From assembly GCA_013151235.1 (NCBI GenBank), contig JAADIO010000008.1, forward strand, positions 1 to 64,000: DNA of 64,000 nt, given 5' to 3'. Each line of letters starts with the position of its first letter. Position 1 is the stretch's first letter. This document shows, one piece after another, positions 52,599-63,267 of this stretch. The notes beneath the pieces were generated by a model. It made no database searches, was not told the origin of the DNA, and was given only the letters and a program-made list of their open reading frames with translations. This stretch comes from Deltaproteobacteria bacterium (lineage in GTDB: Bacteria; CG2-30-53-67). The position numbers and the translations under genes were made by a program.

Positions 52599-53351
52599 TC
52601 AGAAGGGCCAGAACTTGTCGAATCCCCGGGCCAGCCACCCAGGCCGCTGTTTATCCCCCACGACTCCCATGCCGTAATAGGAAATACTGGCATCCGCAAT
52701 AAACGTGGACAGGATGATGTTCTGCGCACTGATATCATCGGGACGGACCGTCCCGGTCAGGACCATAATCTGTTCCTCCCCGTTTACCGTGACCAGACGT
52801 CTGCCCCGGATTTTCAGATTGCCGTTCGGGAGGACCTCCGTCACAATCGCCGTCATCTTGCCGCTCAGCTTTCCACTGCGGGTTGTCTCTCCGCTTCCAT
52901 CAAAGTCGTTTTTGGTGGACGCCCCGAGAATGTTGGCAAGATCAAGTGCGTTGGCACTGGTCGTTCCTGCACCATTGGAGGTTTGCAGCCGGGAGAGTCT
53001 CGAGTCCAGACGGGTTTCCTGACCGAAGAGATGTGGCATCCCGGCAGAAATCTGCGAGGAACGGCCAAGTTTGGTTGATGCCTTTTTGGTCGCTGTAGAA
53101 CTTTCCACAATATCAATCGTCACAATATCATTGACCGTCCGGGCCTTGTTGTCGACAAAAAGCATGTTCCGATTCGATTCCCCCGTCCAGAGAGATCCGG
53201 TAGCCTGAGCCGGGGCCGACACAACCGGGGTCTGCACAATCGGCGTCGGCATTTTTGCTTTTTCGCGAAGTGATTTGTGAAACAGCCGGGTTGTTCCGGC
53301 ACACCCCGCCATGAATATCATGAACAAAATCAGAAGATATCTCCGCATCAT
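52599..53351 (-). CDS. flgH: Flagellar L-ring lipoprotein
   Basis: MAGC lipobox, GSLW, LPNGNL and GTVRPDDI motifs. Confidence 0.95.
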   Translation of the reverse strand: MMRRYLLILFMIFMAGCAGTTRLFHKSLREKAKMPTPIVQTPVVSAPAQATGSLWTGESNRNMLFVDNKARTVNDIVTIDIVESSTATKKASTKLGRSSQISAGMPHLFGQETRLDSRLSRLQTSNGAGTTSANALDLANILGASTKNDFDGSGETTRSGKLSGKMTAIVTEVLPNGNLKIRGRRLVTVNGEEQIMVLTGTVRPDDISAQNIILSTFIADASISYYGMGVVGDKQRPGWLARGFDKFWPF

Positions 53352-53385
53352 CTCACCTGTTCCTCTGTGGTTTGTACACTCCATG

Positions 53386-54354
53386 CTACCATGTCTCGAT
53401 CCGCACCGTGCTGCCGTCAATCACCTTGCCGTAGACTTCCTTCTTGGAGGCAATGTTCTGAACCCGTATCACGGCGCCTGGAATTCCGTTTTCCAGCACC
53501 TTTCCCCGTGCAATAATCCTGAACAGATTGTTCTCGACTTGCATGGTGACCAGATCGCCCCGCCGGACCACCGGAGGAATCTCGACCTCGTTTTTACGAA
53601 TCGGTTCCCCGGCCCGGATAAAACTCCGGCTTCGGGTTCCGACAATGTCCTTGACGGAGGAAAAATAATCCGAGTTCATGCCGGCCAGATTCCGTCGTTC
53701 CACAACAACATCATTTGCATCAATCTGGCTCATTCGGGCAATGGGATGGCGTGCCGTCACGACCGGTACATAAACCCGGATATCGGCGTTCACCCAAATC
53801 TGTTTCTTTTCCCCCGCCGTCTCAAGGATCACCTGTAGAGGTGTGGTCCCGAGAAAATCCGTATGCGGTTGGGAAATCACCTGCCAGGCAATCTTGCCAG
53901 CGGGCAGAAGCAGATCACGAGGCCCCGTAATCCGGCCGATTTCGACCTCGTTCGATCTCCAGGGAATTTCTTTCACAAGGTATTGTTTGACCACCCGGCG
54001 GATCTGCCTGGCCGTAACGGTCTGTGCATCTCGGAGGATGACGGTCTGTTCCGCACCGGAAAAATGTACGTCGCGGGCCCGGATCTTCCGAGATTTGAGG
54101 AGCAGCAGAAGGCGAGACCGTGTGATGATGATTTTTTTCCCGGGAAGCGGTGCAGGACCGATTTCCAGGCTCCCAAGGTCGGGAACGACGGTGCCGGGAT
54201 CCATATGGACCCGGGCAATCTCCTGAAGATAGAGGACTGTCTTTCGCACATGAACACGCTTTTGCAGAGTAATGTTCATCTTTGCACCGACCGCCCCGTC
54301 AGCAAGAATCAAGAGAAGAAAACTGTAAAGAACCATCTGCACCGGTCGTTTCAT
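53386..54354 (-). CDS. flgA: P-ring formation chaperone
   Basis: SAF domain, PPVVRRGD.V and IRVQNIASKK motifs; lies between flgG and flgH. Confidence 0.92.
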   Translation of the reverse strand: MKRPVQMVLYSFLLLILADGAVGAKMNITLQKRVHVRKTVLYLQEIARVHMDPGTVVPDLGSLEIGPAPLPGKKIIITRSRLLLLLKSRKIRARDVHFSGAEQTVILRDAQTVTARQIRRVVKQYLVKEIPWRSNEVEIGRITGPRDLLLPAGKIAWQVISQPHTDFLGTTPLQVILETAGEKKQIWVNADIRVYVPVVTARHPIARMSQIDANDVVVERRNLAGMNSDYFSSVKDIVGTRSRSFIRAGEPIRKNEVEIPPVVRRGDLVTMQVENNLFRIIARGKVLENGIPGAVIRVQNIASKKEVYGKVIDGSTVRIETW

Positions 54355-54360
54355 TCGCTC

Positions 54361-55149
54361 TTACCTCTTGGTATTGTTGGCAGTCTGCATCATTTCATCG
54401 GCTGTCTGAATCGCTTTGGAGTTGATCTCGTAGGCCCGCTGGCCGACGATCATATTGATTAGTTCCTCACTGATGTTCACGTTGGAAAGTTCCAGAAACC
54501 CCTGTGCGAGCGTCCCGACCCCGTTCTCACCGGGTGTCCCCGTTGTCGGGCTACCGGAGGAGGCGGTCTCTGTATAAAGATTCCTTCCGATACTTTTCAG
54601 TCCGGAGGGGTTGGCAAAGGATACAAGCTGTATCTGACCCACCTGGGTCGATGCGTTTTGTCCCGCCTGCATCACGGATACCGTTCCATCCGATCCGACG
54701 GTAATATTCAAAGTATCTGCGGGAATCGTAATCTGCGGAACCAGCGGAAAGCCATCGGATGTCACGAGACGCCCCTGTTCATCCTGCTTGAAAGAACCGG
54801 CACGACTGTACCCGGTCTCACCGTTCGGCTGGAGGATCTGGAAAAATCCACGCCCTTCAATGGCAAAATCCAGCGGGTTCTGGGTCTGCTGGAATTCGCC
54901 CTGTTGAAAAATCTTCTGTATGGCGGCATTTCGGGTGCCGAGACCGATCTGCATCCCGGTCGGATAGATGGTACTGCTGGAAGAACTCGCTCCGGCCTCA
55001 CGGAGGGTCTGATAGAGAAGATCCTGAAAATCCGCCCGGCTGCGCTTGAATCCCGTGGTGTTGACATTCGCCAGGTTATTCGCGATCACATCGATATTCA
55101 GTTGCTGGGCTTCCATTCCGGACGCAGCCGTCCATAATGCACGGATCAT
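54361..55149 (-). CDS. flgG: Flagellar distal rod protein
   Basis: [37 protein letters not shown] and QRAYEINSK motifs. Confidence 0.97.
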   Translation of the reverse strand: MIRALWTAASGMEAQQLNIDVIANNLANVNTTGFKRSRADFQDLLYQTLREAGASSSSSTIYPTGMQIGLGTRNAAIQKIFQQGEFQQTQNPLDFAIEGRGFFQILQPNGETGYSRAGSFKQDEQGRLVTSDGFPLVPQITIPADTLNITVGSDGTVSVMQAGQNASTQVGQIQLVSFANPSGLKSIGRNLYTETASSGSPTTGTPGENGVGTLAQGFLELSNVNISEELINMIVGQRAYEINSKAIQTADEMMQTANNTKR

Positions 55150-55176
55150 AATCGACTCCTTTCTACTGCGTTATCC

Positions 55177-55902
55177 CTACCCTCTTCCCAATTCCGATGT
55201 GACCGCCTTGGACGCATCGTCCATTGACTGGATCACCTTCTGATAGGATTCATAAGAACGGGAGACATCAATTAACTGCAGCATCTCTTCAACCATATTG
55301 ACATTCGATTTTTCAACATAGCCCTGCCGAACACTCACGTTCAGATCCTGTGTAAGATTCCCCGGACCGCCGTTGTTGATGAAGAGTCCGGCCCCGGCTT
55401 TTTCCAGCTTCGACGTATCGGCAAAGGAAACCACTTTTACCTGTCCCACCGAGGACTGATCGACCGTGACCTCTCCATCCGTGCCGATCGTCACATGCGC
55501 CCCATCGATCACAAGAGGACCACTGGAACCGGAGACCGGGTCCCCATCGGCCGTAACAAGCTGGTTGTCGGAATTCAACGTGAAGTCTCCCTGCCGGGTA
55601 TAACGGACCCCTTGAGGCGTATCAATTTCAAAGAAGCCATTCCCGCTCAGGGCCAGATCGAAGGTGTTCCCTGTCTTCACGATTTTTCCCTGACTGAAGT
55701 CGGTACGAAAATCGGAAATTCCCACCAGATCGGTCTCGCCGCGGGCACTCTGGGCATTATTCAGAAAAGACCGGAAGGAGAGAACATCTTTCTTGTAACC
55801 ATCCGTGTTGATATTGGCCAGGTTATTCGTCAGAATCTCCAGCCGCTTTTCCTGAGCCATTCCGCCCGATACGGCTGCATAAAAACCACCCTGGTTGGAC
55901 AT
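55177..55902 (-). CDS. flgF: Flagellar proximal rod protein
   Basis: NNLANINTDGYK, YTRQGDF and QGYVEKSNVN motifs; upstream of flgG. Confidence 0.9.
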   Translation of the reverse strand: MSNQGGFYAAVSGGMAQEKRLEILTNNLANINTDGYKKDVLSFRSFLNNAQSARGETDLVGISDFRTDFSQGKIVKTGNTFDLALSGNGFFEIDTPQGVRYTRQGDFTLNSDNQLVTADGDPVSGSSGPLVIDGAHVTIGTDGEVTVDQSSVGQVKVVSFADTSKLEKAGAGLFINNGGPGNLTQDLNVSVRQGYVEKSNVNMVEEMLQLIDVSRSYESYQKVIQSMDDASKAVTSELGRG

Positions 55903-55959
55903 AAGGGACTCCTCCAATCCGTTTTATGCCGACGAATTACTGAAAACACCTCTCATAAA

Positions 55960-55976
55960 AGCAAGGTCCGTGCCAA
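55960..55976 (-). promoter_or_regulatory. Sigma54 promoter of the flgF operon
   Basis: TTGGCACGGACCTTGCT matches the consensus TGGCACG-N4-TTGCW. Confidence 0.88.
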
Positions 55977-56283
55977 ATACCGACACCGGGAAGCATGTAT
56001 TGTAAATACACCAATACACATATTGTTACAATAACTTAGAACATTTACTTCATCCTTTCTATAAAGCAATCCATCAATAATTCCCCGCAAGGAGATAGGA
56101 AGATTTTGCCTATCCCCGTCGTCTTCTGCCCCCGATATCCGATTGCAAAATCGGAAAATAAATTCCTCAAGTATTTCCAGCACAAATTCGATAAGAAAGT
56201 ATCAAGCAGAATCTCTTCTTGTTTGCACTGCTTTGACTTTTAACCCACAGGACTTCGGGGAATCCGGAAAGTTGAGGGAAACG

Positions 56284-57237
56284 ATGAGTACAGGGCTCTG
56301 TAACGACGAACTCGTTCTGAAAGTCGGAACCAACAAGATCGAACTGCTGGAGTTCCACATTGACAAAGAGAGCGATGACGGTACGGTCTCGCAGGGAGTC
56401 TACGGAATCAATGTTTCCAAAGTAACCGAAGTCATCCGGATGACCGATATTACGGAAGTTCCCCACGTCCCGGCCTTCCTCATGGGAATCATTCACCTGA
56501 GAGGGAAGACCATTCCCATCATCAACCTTGCAAAATGGCTGGGGATTACCGAACCCAAACGTCCCATGGAAAAAAATAAGATCATCGTCGCGGAATTCAA
56601 CAACACCCCCCTGGGCTTTGTCGTGCATCAGACAACGAAGATCCGTCGGATCGAATGGGAGAAAATAAGTACCCCACCGGATATCATGAATGAAAAATAC
56701 GATGGGAATATTACCGGCACAACGATGATCGAAAATGATCGGCTCCTGCTGATTCTGGATCTCGAAAAAATCCTGGCGGAACTGACATCCAACAAAGAAA
56801 ATTCGGAAGGGGCACTCCAGGCAGCAAAGAAAAAGGACGGCGCCCGACGAAGAATCCTCGTTGCCGACGACTCACTCGTCGCCCGGAAACAGGTCGCCAA
56901 CATATTAAAGAAAGCAAATTATGAGGTTGATCTGGTTGTGGACGGCAAGCAGGCCTGGAACCGATTAAATGAGTTGTATGATGCCACCGAAGGTAAAAAA
57001 AGCTCATTCCGGGAGGTCGTCTATCTTGTTTTAAGCGATGTGGAAATGCCGGAGATGGACGGCTATACCCTGACGGAAAAAATCAAAGACGATGAACGGT
57101 TCAAAGAAATCCCCGTGATCCTCCACTCTTCCCTGAGCGGAGAAGCCAATACGGAAAAAGGGAAGCAGGTCGGATGTGATCACTACGTGGTCAAGTTCGA
57201 TCCGGAAGTACTCTTTCAGGCCATCAACGAGTACTGA
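56284..57237 (+). CDS. cheV: Chemotaxis protein CheV (CheW + receiver)
   Basis: GTNKIELLEF, YGINVSKV.EVI, ADDS, SDVEMPEMDGY and HSSL motifs. Confidence 0.94.
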   Translation: MSTGLCNDELVLKVGTNKIELLEFHIDKESDDGTVSQGVYGINVSKVTEVIRMTDITEVPHVPAFLMGIIHLRGKTIPIINLAKWLGITEPKRPMEKNKIIVAEFNNTPLGFVVHQTTKIRRIEWEKISTPPDIMNEKYDGNITGTTMIENDRLLLILDLEKILAELTSNKENSEGALQAAKKKDGARRRILVADDSLVARKQVANILKKANYEVDLVVDGKQAWNRLNELYDATEGKKSSFREVVYLVLSDVEMPEMDGYTLTEKIKDDERFKEIPVILHSSLSGEANTEKGKQVGCDHYVVKFDPEVLFQAINEY

Positions 57238-57455
57238 TTCCGGAACCATCTCCGGCACCCGACTGCATCCGCTTCCCGGAACGGGGTAAAATCCCTGGAT
57301 CTGCAAAGCACCCTCGCCGCACAAACCATGGACAATGAAATATCCTGAACTCGACAATGAAGCGGTCTGAACAACTCTGTCATTGAGAGATATCAATATT
57401 GCTTTACTTCCTGATTGCCCCTGTGGTAGAAACCTCCTAAAGGTGAGGAGAAACA

Positions 57456-58139
57456 ATGGCGACCGACAATGTACTGATCAAAGTCCGGGGGCTGGAAAAA
57501 TCATTTCAGTCCGGTACGAAAAAGCTGGAGGTCCTCAAAGGGATTGATTTCACCATCCGCACAGGGGAAATGATGGCCGTCTGCGGCGCCTCGGGCGTGG
57601 GAAAGAGCACCTTCCTCCATATCTTGGGGACGCTGGAACGCCCCACGGCAGGACAGGTACTCTACGGAGAAAAGGATATTTTTTCACTCGACAACGGGGC
57701 GCTGTCTCAATTCCGGAATCGGGATATCGGGTTTGTCTTCCAGTTCCATCACCTCCTGCCTGAGTTCACAGCGATGGAGAACGTCATCATGCCCCATCTG
57801 ATTGCCGGTGCATCACGCCGGGCCTGTCTGGCCCGCGGCCGGGAACAGTTGGCTGAAGTGGGACTTGAGGATCGGGCCGAACACAAGCCGGGGGAACTCT
57901 CCGGCGGCGAGCAACAGCGGGTCGCCATTGCCCGGGCCCTCTGTATGAATCCGAAGATCGTCTTTGCCGACGAACCGACGGGCAACCTCGACACCACCAC
58001 GGGGGAATCCGTTCACGAACTGCTGAAGGAGATCAACCGAAAGCAGAACGTCACCTTCGTTCTGGCCACCCATAACGAAGATCTCGCACGGAAGAGCGAC
58101 CGGATCGTCCAGATGGTGGACGGCAAAATTGCCGGGTAG
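57456..58139 (+). CDS. lolD: Lipoprotein-releasing ABC ATPase-like protein
   Basis: [21 protein letters not shown] and [13 protein letters not shown] motifs. Confidence 0.85.
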   Translation: MATDNVLIKVRGLEKSFQSGTKKLEVLKGIDFTIRTGEMMAVCGASGVGKSTFLHILGTLERPTAGQVLYGEKDIFSLDNGALSQFRNRDIGFVFQFHHLLPEFTAMENVIMPHLIAGASRRACLARGREQLAEVGLEDRAEHKPGELSGGEQQRVAIARALCMNPKIVFADEPTGNLDTTTGESVHELLKEINRKQNVTFVLATHNEDLARKSDRIVQMVDGKIAG

Positions 58140-58173
58140 ATACCCTTGCGGTTGATGCTTTCCGTCTTTGATC

Positions 58174-59134
58174 TTATCCTTTTTTTCTCTGCATCCTCAC
58201 CGTCTTTCCTGTGATCTCCCATCTTCCTCTTTCCAGTGCCACCCCTTCAAGAAGACCATAATCACTCACGGTAATACGCTGCCCGGGAATCCTCAACAAG
58301 ATTTCCAGGAGAAGAACTCCCCCGAAGAGTACAATATCCGCCTTGCCCGGTTCCAGAAAATAACGTTCCCGGATCGCATCCGCGGTGAGGGGGCGTACGG
58401 TTTGAAGAAGGGAAACCACATGAGGGGCCGTCAGCACCGTCCGATGGATCCTGTCCGAACGATATTGCCGCTCCCGCCGGAGCATAAAGGCCACGGTCGT
58501 CACCGACCCGCCCGTACCGACGGCCATCAAGCGCCGGTCCGGAAAGAAGAAGTCGTCAACCCCGTCCAGTGTTTCCCCGATCCTCTCCCGCATCAGGTCA
58601 TACTCTTTTTGCGTCAGGGGATCGCCGGAGCCAAACCGCTCCTTCAGAGTCAAAGCCCCGATGGGAAGACTCACAATGCGGTCCCCACTCCTCCCGTCCT
58701 GCCGGATCAGTTCGGTGCTTCCCCCGCCGATATCAAAGAAGAAGCAAGCCGACCGGTCGGACGGATCGAGCCCGCCCCGAGAGGGTATACCGACCTTCTT
58801 CTTTTCCGGAAATCACACGAATCGGATGAGACAGCGCCCGGGACAACCGCTGGAGGACTGCGCCGGCATTCTTTGCAACCCTGAAGATGCCCGTTGCAAC
58901 CGCCCGGACCTCAGCGACCCTCTCTTTGCGCAGGATCGCATCATACTGTCTGAGCACGGTCTCTCCCCGTTTGCAGGACGCCGGAGAAATCCGGCCCGAT
59001 TCAGCGGCCCCCTCCCCCATCCGTGGAGTGTGCCGCTCCACGCGGAGCCGAGTCAATTTCCGAGCAGGATTCGAACGAAAGATGAGGAGGCGGAAGGTAT
59101 TGGTGCCCAAATCGAGTACAGCCGATGGGGACAT
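58174..59134 (-). pseudogene. ppx: Ppx/GppA phosphatase, frameshifted
   Basis: DLGTNTFRL...VISGKEE in one frame; DIGGGSTEL, LPIG, GTGGSVT and GLLEG in another; the shift is near 58771-58780. Confidence 0.82.
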
Positions 59135-59171
59135 TACGGTTTCTCACAATCCGGAGAGAAAACAGGCCGGG

Positions 59172-59819
59172 TCACGGTACAAGCTGTCCTTTCAGTTCTT
59201 TGGCAGCGGGAACCCAGGGAGAATCAGAGTAGTTGTTGATCAAATCGTCAAGCGCCTTGACGGCCTTTCGTATCTTCCCCTGAGCAGCGTAGATTCGTCC
59301 CAGTTCCAGCAGGGCAAAATCCCGGAACCGCTCCCCCACTTTATGGAAGGCCGCCTCCGCCTGATCGGGATGTCCCAAAGCGAGTTCCGTATCGGCAATC
59401 CCCTGATGGGCCAGGTCCTGAACCACTTCAATTTTCTTGCTTCGGGCAATTTTCAGGGCCGCCTGGTAATGCTGTAAGGCTTCTTTATACTTCGCCTGGT
59501 CGTAGAAGATATTCCCCCGGTACATCTCCGCCCGGGCCGCAGCGAGATCCTCCTTCCCGGAAAACGCTTTCAGGAACTCCAGTGCATCCTTCAAGCGCCC
59601 CTGATGGAAAGCCGAGACGGCATTGTCGAGGGCGGTTGCTTCCTGAATGCGGGCGGATTTGACCTGATAGAGAACGAACAGGATAATCAGAACCGCCGCA
59701 AGGATTCCTCCGGCAATCATCGAGACAAACTTTATGTTTTCCCGGACATACATGTAGCCCCGTTTCAGTGCCTCCAGAAATTCATCCGGTTCCTGTGTAT
59801 TTGTTTTATGTTTTGCCAT
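59172..59819 (-). CDS. YfgM-like membrane-anchored TPR protein
   Basis: N-terminal TM followed by TPR-like repeats ending in YSDSPW. Confidence 0.8.
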   Translation of the reverse strand: MAKHKTNTQEPDEFLEALKRGYMYVRENIKFVSMIAGGILAAVLIILFVLYQVKSARIQEATALDNAVSAFHQGRLKDALEFLKAFSGKEDLAAARAEMYRGNIFYDQAKYKEALQHYQAALKIARSKKIEVVQDLAHQGIADTELALGHPDQAEAAFHKVGERFRDFALLELGRIYAAQGKIRKAVKALDDLINNYSDSPWVPAAKELKGQLVP

Positions 59820-59836
59820 TGTTCCTCCCTGTGAAC

Positions 59837-60484
59837 TTACGAAAGTTCATTGATGAATCGTTCTGAATGTTCAAATACTTTTTTCACCTCTGCTCCATGC
59901 AGACCCGCTCCCTGCAGGATCCTGCGAGCCATCTCTTTCGTCACCAGATCACCCGGCGCATGGGAATCGGTATTACACACCAGCGGCACTCCGAATTTGA
60001 CGGCCAGGGAAGCCACATGACCGTTGGAGAGAGAATGCCCTTTACGGGTAGTAATCTCCAGCAGAACTCCACGTTCCCCCGCCTTTTTGACTTCCTCTTC
60101 CGTGATCAGCCCCGGGTGGGCCAGGATATCGACACCGGCCTCGATGGCCGCCCGGTTGGTCCCCGCCCTGACCGGCTCAACCAGGGTCTCCCCATGTGCG
60201 ACGATGATCTGCGCCCCTGACTTCCTTGCCCGCCGTACCAGGACGGCAAAATCGTCCGGGTGGACATGGGTAATCTCCACACCGGGGATCGCACGAAGGC
60301 TTCCTCTTTCGTTCAATGCCTTGCAGCCGTTGACAATGCCATGGAGGATCTGTTCGATGTTGGAATGATCGGCATGGTCCGTAAAGGCAATCGCCCGGTA
60401 TCCGGCAACTTCAGCCCGCCGCGCCAACTCTGCGGGGATGAGAACCCCGTCACTGAAAAGGGTATGTGTGTGGAGATCGATCAT
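59837..60484 (-). CDS. PHP-domain phosphoesterase (histidinol-phosphatase-like)
   Basis: DLHTHT.FSDG, TDH, GVEITHV, LAHPG and TDSH motifs. Confidence 0.9.
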   Translation of the reverse strand: MIDLHTHTLFSDGVLIPAELARRAEVAGYRAIAFTDHADHSNIEQILHGIVNGCKALNERGSLRAIPGVEITHVHPDDFAVLVRRARKSGAQIIVAHGETLVEPVRAGTNRAAIEAGVDILAHPGLITEEEVKKAGERGVLLEITTRKGHSLSNGHVASLAVKFGVPLVCNTDSHAPGDLVTKEMARRILQGAGLHGAEVKKVFEHSERFINELS

Positions 60485-60596
60485 TTTTTTTCCCGTAACT
60501 ACGATTCCCTGTCTTTCCGAACTTTACGATTCCTAAGGATAAAATCTGATGAACTGTAGCAAAGTTCCCCTTTAAACTCAAGGGATTTGTATAAAA

Positions 60597-61499
60597 TCAA
60601 CGAAAGATCCCGGCAAGATATCGCAGGGCAACAAAGAGGAGAGACAAAGTCAGGATCAATTTGATCACGACGACGGGAACATATTTCTGAACGCGGGCGC
60701 CGAGATAAATCCCGGCAAACCCTCCGGCTCCGAAGAGCACCCCGAGGGACCAGTCCGGGGCAATCGACATCTCCGGATGGAGGAGCGCCAACAGATGATA
60801 AAAACCCACACCGGCAATGGAGGTAATCAGCGTTCCCATCAGGCAGGCCCCCGCCACTATGTAGACGGGGAGTTTGAGAAAAGTAATAAAAAAAGGAGCA
60901 ATGATTACTCCGCCGCCAATCCCGTAGATCCCCCCCACGATCCCCACGATAAAGGTAAACGCCAGCACCCCCGGTACGGGGAAGGAATAGACCGTTCCGT
61001 TGAAGGTGAAGCGTACCCGGCGCAGTGAAAAGGAGGTTTCTCCCGCAACAAAGTCCCCCGCTCCGCCCGAGCCGGGACGATCCGTCCTGCTGTGGAGCAT
61101 ATCCAGAAGAAGTCGGAGCCCGATATAGAGGAGAACAAACCCGGCAAAGAACTTGAAGTTTGTCGGATCGGGAAGATAACGGATCCGGACCCAGGCCCCG
61201 ACAAAGACCCCCGGGAGGGTCCCTATAATTACGGCCCATGTCAGAGGCCAGACCATCCGCCCCTCCTTGATGTATCGCCATACACCGCTGGGAATGGCAA
61301 TGATGTTGAAAACCTGGTTGGTCGCGCTCACGGATGGAGCGGTATAGCCGAGAAAGCTGACCTGAAAAGGAAGAAGGAGAAAGGCGCCGGAGACGCCACC
61401 CATAGAGGTGAAAAAGGAGATCACAAAAGAAACCAAGGGAGGCAAAAGGAGGGAGGTCGTCACCCCAGACACCGGAAAGTGCCATAACAGAAACGCCAT
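60597..61499 (-). CDS. TauE/SafE family sulfur-compound exporter
   Basis: SMGGVSGAFLLLP and GGIYGIGGG repeated halves; polytopic membrane protein. Confidence 0.9.
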   Translation of the reverse strand: MAFLLWHFPVSGVTTSLLLPPLVSFVISFFTSMGGVSGAFLLLPFQVSFLGYTAPSVSATNQVFNIIAIPSGVWRYIKEGRMVWPLTWAVIIGTLPGVFVGAWVRIRYLPDPTNFKFFAGFVLLYIGLRLLLDMLHSRTDRPGSGGAGDFVAGETSFSLRRVRFTFNGTVYSFPVPGVLAFTFIVGIVGGIYGIGGGVIIAPFFITFLKLPVYIVAGACLMGTLITSIAGVGFYHLLALLHPEMSIAPDWSLGVLFGAGGFAGIYLGARVQKYVPVVVIKLILTLSLLFVALRYLAGIFR

Positions 61500-61515
61500 A
61501 AACGCTCCCCACTTA

Positions 61516-61608
61516 ATTGATCTACAAATCAATAATACAAATATTCCAAACAATATTGATTTATATATCAATACACAAATAGACTTTTCTATCAATTTAC
61601 GCTATAAT
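61516..61608 (+). promoter_or_regulatory. Toxin-antitoxin promoter with three operator palindromes
   Basis: ATTGAT-N6-ATCAAT at 61516 and 61555, ATAGAC-N6-ATCAAT at 61579; TAGACT-N17-TATAAT promoter at 61580-61608. Confidence 0.8.
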
Positions 61609-61638
61609 GACCTTATTATAACGATGGGAGAGGAAGAA

Positions 61639-61884
61639 ATGCAATCCCTTATTTTTCCCCTTTTAGAACAGATCCTTATAACCGCTAAAGCGCAGGGGCT
61701 TTCACAGAAAGAGATCGCATTACGGGCCGGGATCAGCCCGGAGGCCCTGTCCCGAGCGAAGAAGGCCTCCGATATACAGCTTTCCACTCTGGTCCGGCTC
61801 GCCGGAACGGTGGGGCTGAAGGTCACCCTCGCTCCCGACCGGCCCGTCCTGGAGAAGATCCTCTCCGGTGAGGTCTTTGAATGA
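61639..61884 (+). CDS. XRE-family HTH protein, HipB-like antitoxin
   Basis: GLSQKEIALRAGISPEALSR HTH; stop overlaps the hipA start (ATGA). Confidence 0.85.
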   Translation: MQSLIFPLLEQILITAKAQGLSQKEIALRAGISPEALSRAKKASDIQLSTLVRLAGTVGLKVTLAPDRPVLEKILSGEVFE

Positions 61885-63239
61885 TCACCGACCATGAAGC
61901 TGTTGTCTGGACACGTATCGGAATGCGCCCCGTCAAGATGGGACGGGTCTACATCACCGACCGGGAGTGCCGTTTCACCTACACCGAAGATTATGCCGAA
62001 AACGGCCTTCCGGGACTGGGACTGATCTACCCGCCGAAGATCGTGCAGACCACCACCATCGTCCGGCAACGAACCGAATTTTTCGATCTGCTCCCACCGC
62101 TCCAGGCCCTGGTCCCTCCCCGGCGTGAGAAAAATTTTCAGCGGACCTTGATCCTCGCTCACCTGGCAAAGAGAGGGATTCTTCCCGCCGCCGGCTTCGA
62201 GGCGGACTGGGAGATTCTGAAGATCGCCGGCCACGGAGGGATGGGACATCTCGACCTGTTCGAAAACGACGAGAAGGCCGCCGAGTGGTACAGCGCCCCC
62301 GCTCGGCAGGAACTGCGGGAAGTCACCCGGGACTTCGGCCTCTCCCTGAAGGATTTTCTCACCTGGTTCGATACCGATCCCGAATCGATCCTCGAAATCG
62401 TCGGGCCGACACCAACGGTGGGGGGTGCCATCCCAAAACTCCTCGTCTCCATCGCAGACGACGGATGGGACGGACGGCTCGGCCTTCCGAGGAGAATCGG
62501 CGCAAAAGGAATGACCGATGCCCTTCTGAAATTCGAGCAGGCCGGAACCTATCCGGGGATTACCGAGTTGGAGGCCCTGACCCTCGACATCCACACAGAA
62601 GCGGGATTCGAGGTTCCCCGGCACTGGCGGACGGAGATCAACGGGATACCCACACTGGTCATTGAACGCTTCGACCGGGACGTCGCCGGGATCCCCCGCT
62701 TCATGGAGACCCTTCATTCCATCTTCGCCTGCGGTGATCTCTCCATTACCCATCACTACAGCGGAAGCTACGATGCCATCGGGCGGGCCATCGACCGATC
62801 TCCCATTCCCCTCGTTGAGGACGGAAGGGCCGCGAAGGAGCATCTCTTAAAGAGACTTCTTCTCTCCTTCGCCACCGGAAACGGCGATCTCCACCTGGAA
62901 AACCTCTCCATTCTGGACCGAGAAGGCACCCTCGCCTTCTCCCCCGTTTACGATCCTACACCCATGCGGGCCTACGCCATCCACGACATGCTCGCCGCCA
63001 TGCCCTTCGGCGCTTACGGCGAGGTCCGCTTTGAAGAGGCACTGCTCCGCTTGACCCGCAACCTCGGTTTCCGGAAGAAGGACCTTCTTCATGCCATCGA
63101 AGTGGTCCTGACCGTCACCCGGAGCTACCCGGAACGAATCGAGGGGCTTTCAGCCCTCCCCGGAAAGAACAAGAAAAACCTGGTCGGAATCGTCGAAAAG
63201 ATCCGTAAAGATCTCACGAAGATCCGAAAGAGTATTTAA
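61881..63239 (+). CDS. hipA: HipA-family serine/threonine kinase toxin
   Basis: TVGGAIPK, IERFDR, GNGDLHLENLS and SPVYD motifs. Confidence 0.88.
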   Translation: MITDHEAVVWTRIGMRPVKMGRVYITDRECRFTYTEDYAENGLPGLGLIYPPKIVQTTTIVRQRTEFFDLLPPLQALVPPRREKNFQRTLILAHLAKRGILPAAGFEADWEILKIAGHGGMGHLDLFENDEKAAEWYSAPARQELREVTRDFGLSLKDFLTWFDTDPESILEIVGPTPTVGGAIPKLLVSIADDGWDGRLGLPRRIGAKGMTDALLKFEQAGTYPGITELEALTLDIHTEAGFEVPRHWRTEINGIPTLVIERFDRDVAGIPRFMETLHSIFACGDLSITHHYSGSYDAIGRAIDRSPIPLVEDGRAAKEHLLKRLLLSFATGNGDLHLENLSILDREGTLAFSPVYDPTPMRAYAIHDMLAAMPFGAYGEVRFEEALLRLTRNLGFRKKDLLHAIEVVLTVTRSYPERIEGLSALPGKNKKNLVGIVEKIRKDLTKIRKSI

Positions 63240-63267
63240 TAGAGACCAAGAACAACACACAACGGCA

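Noticed and set aside
56165-56196. Sigma28 promoter for cheV (TCAA...TTCGATAA)
   Set aside because: Several mismatches and off spacing; plausible but not supportable
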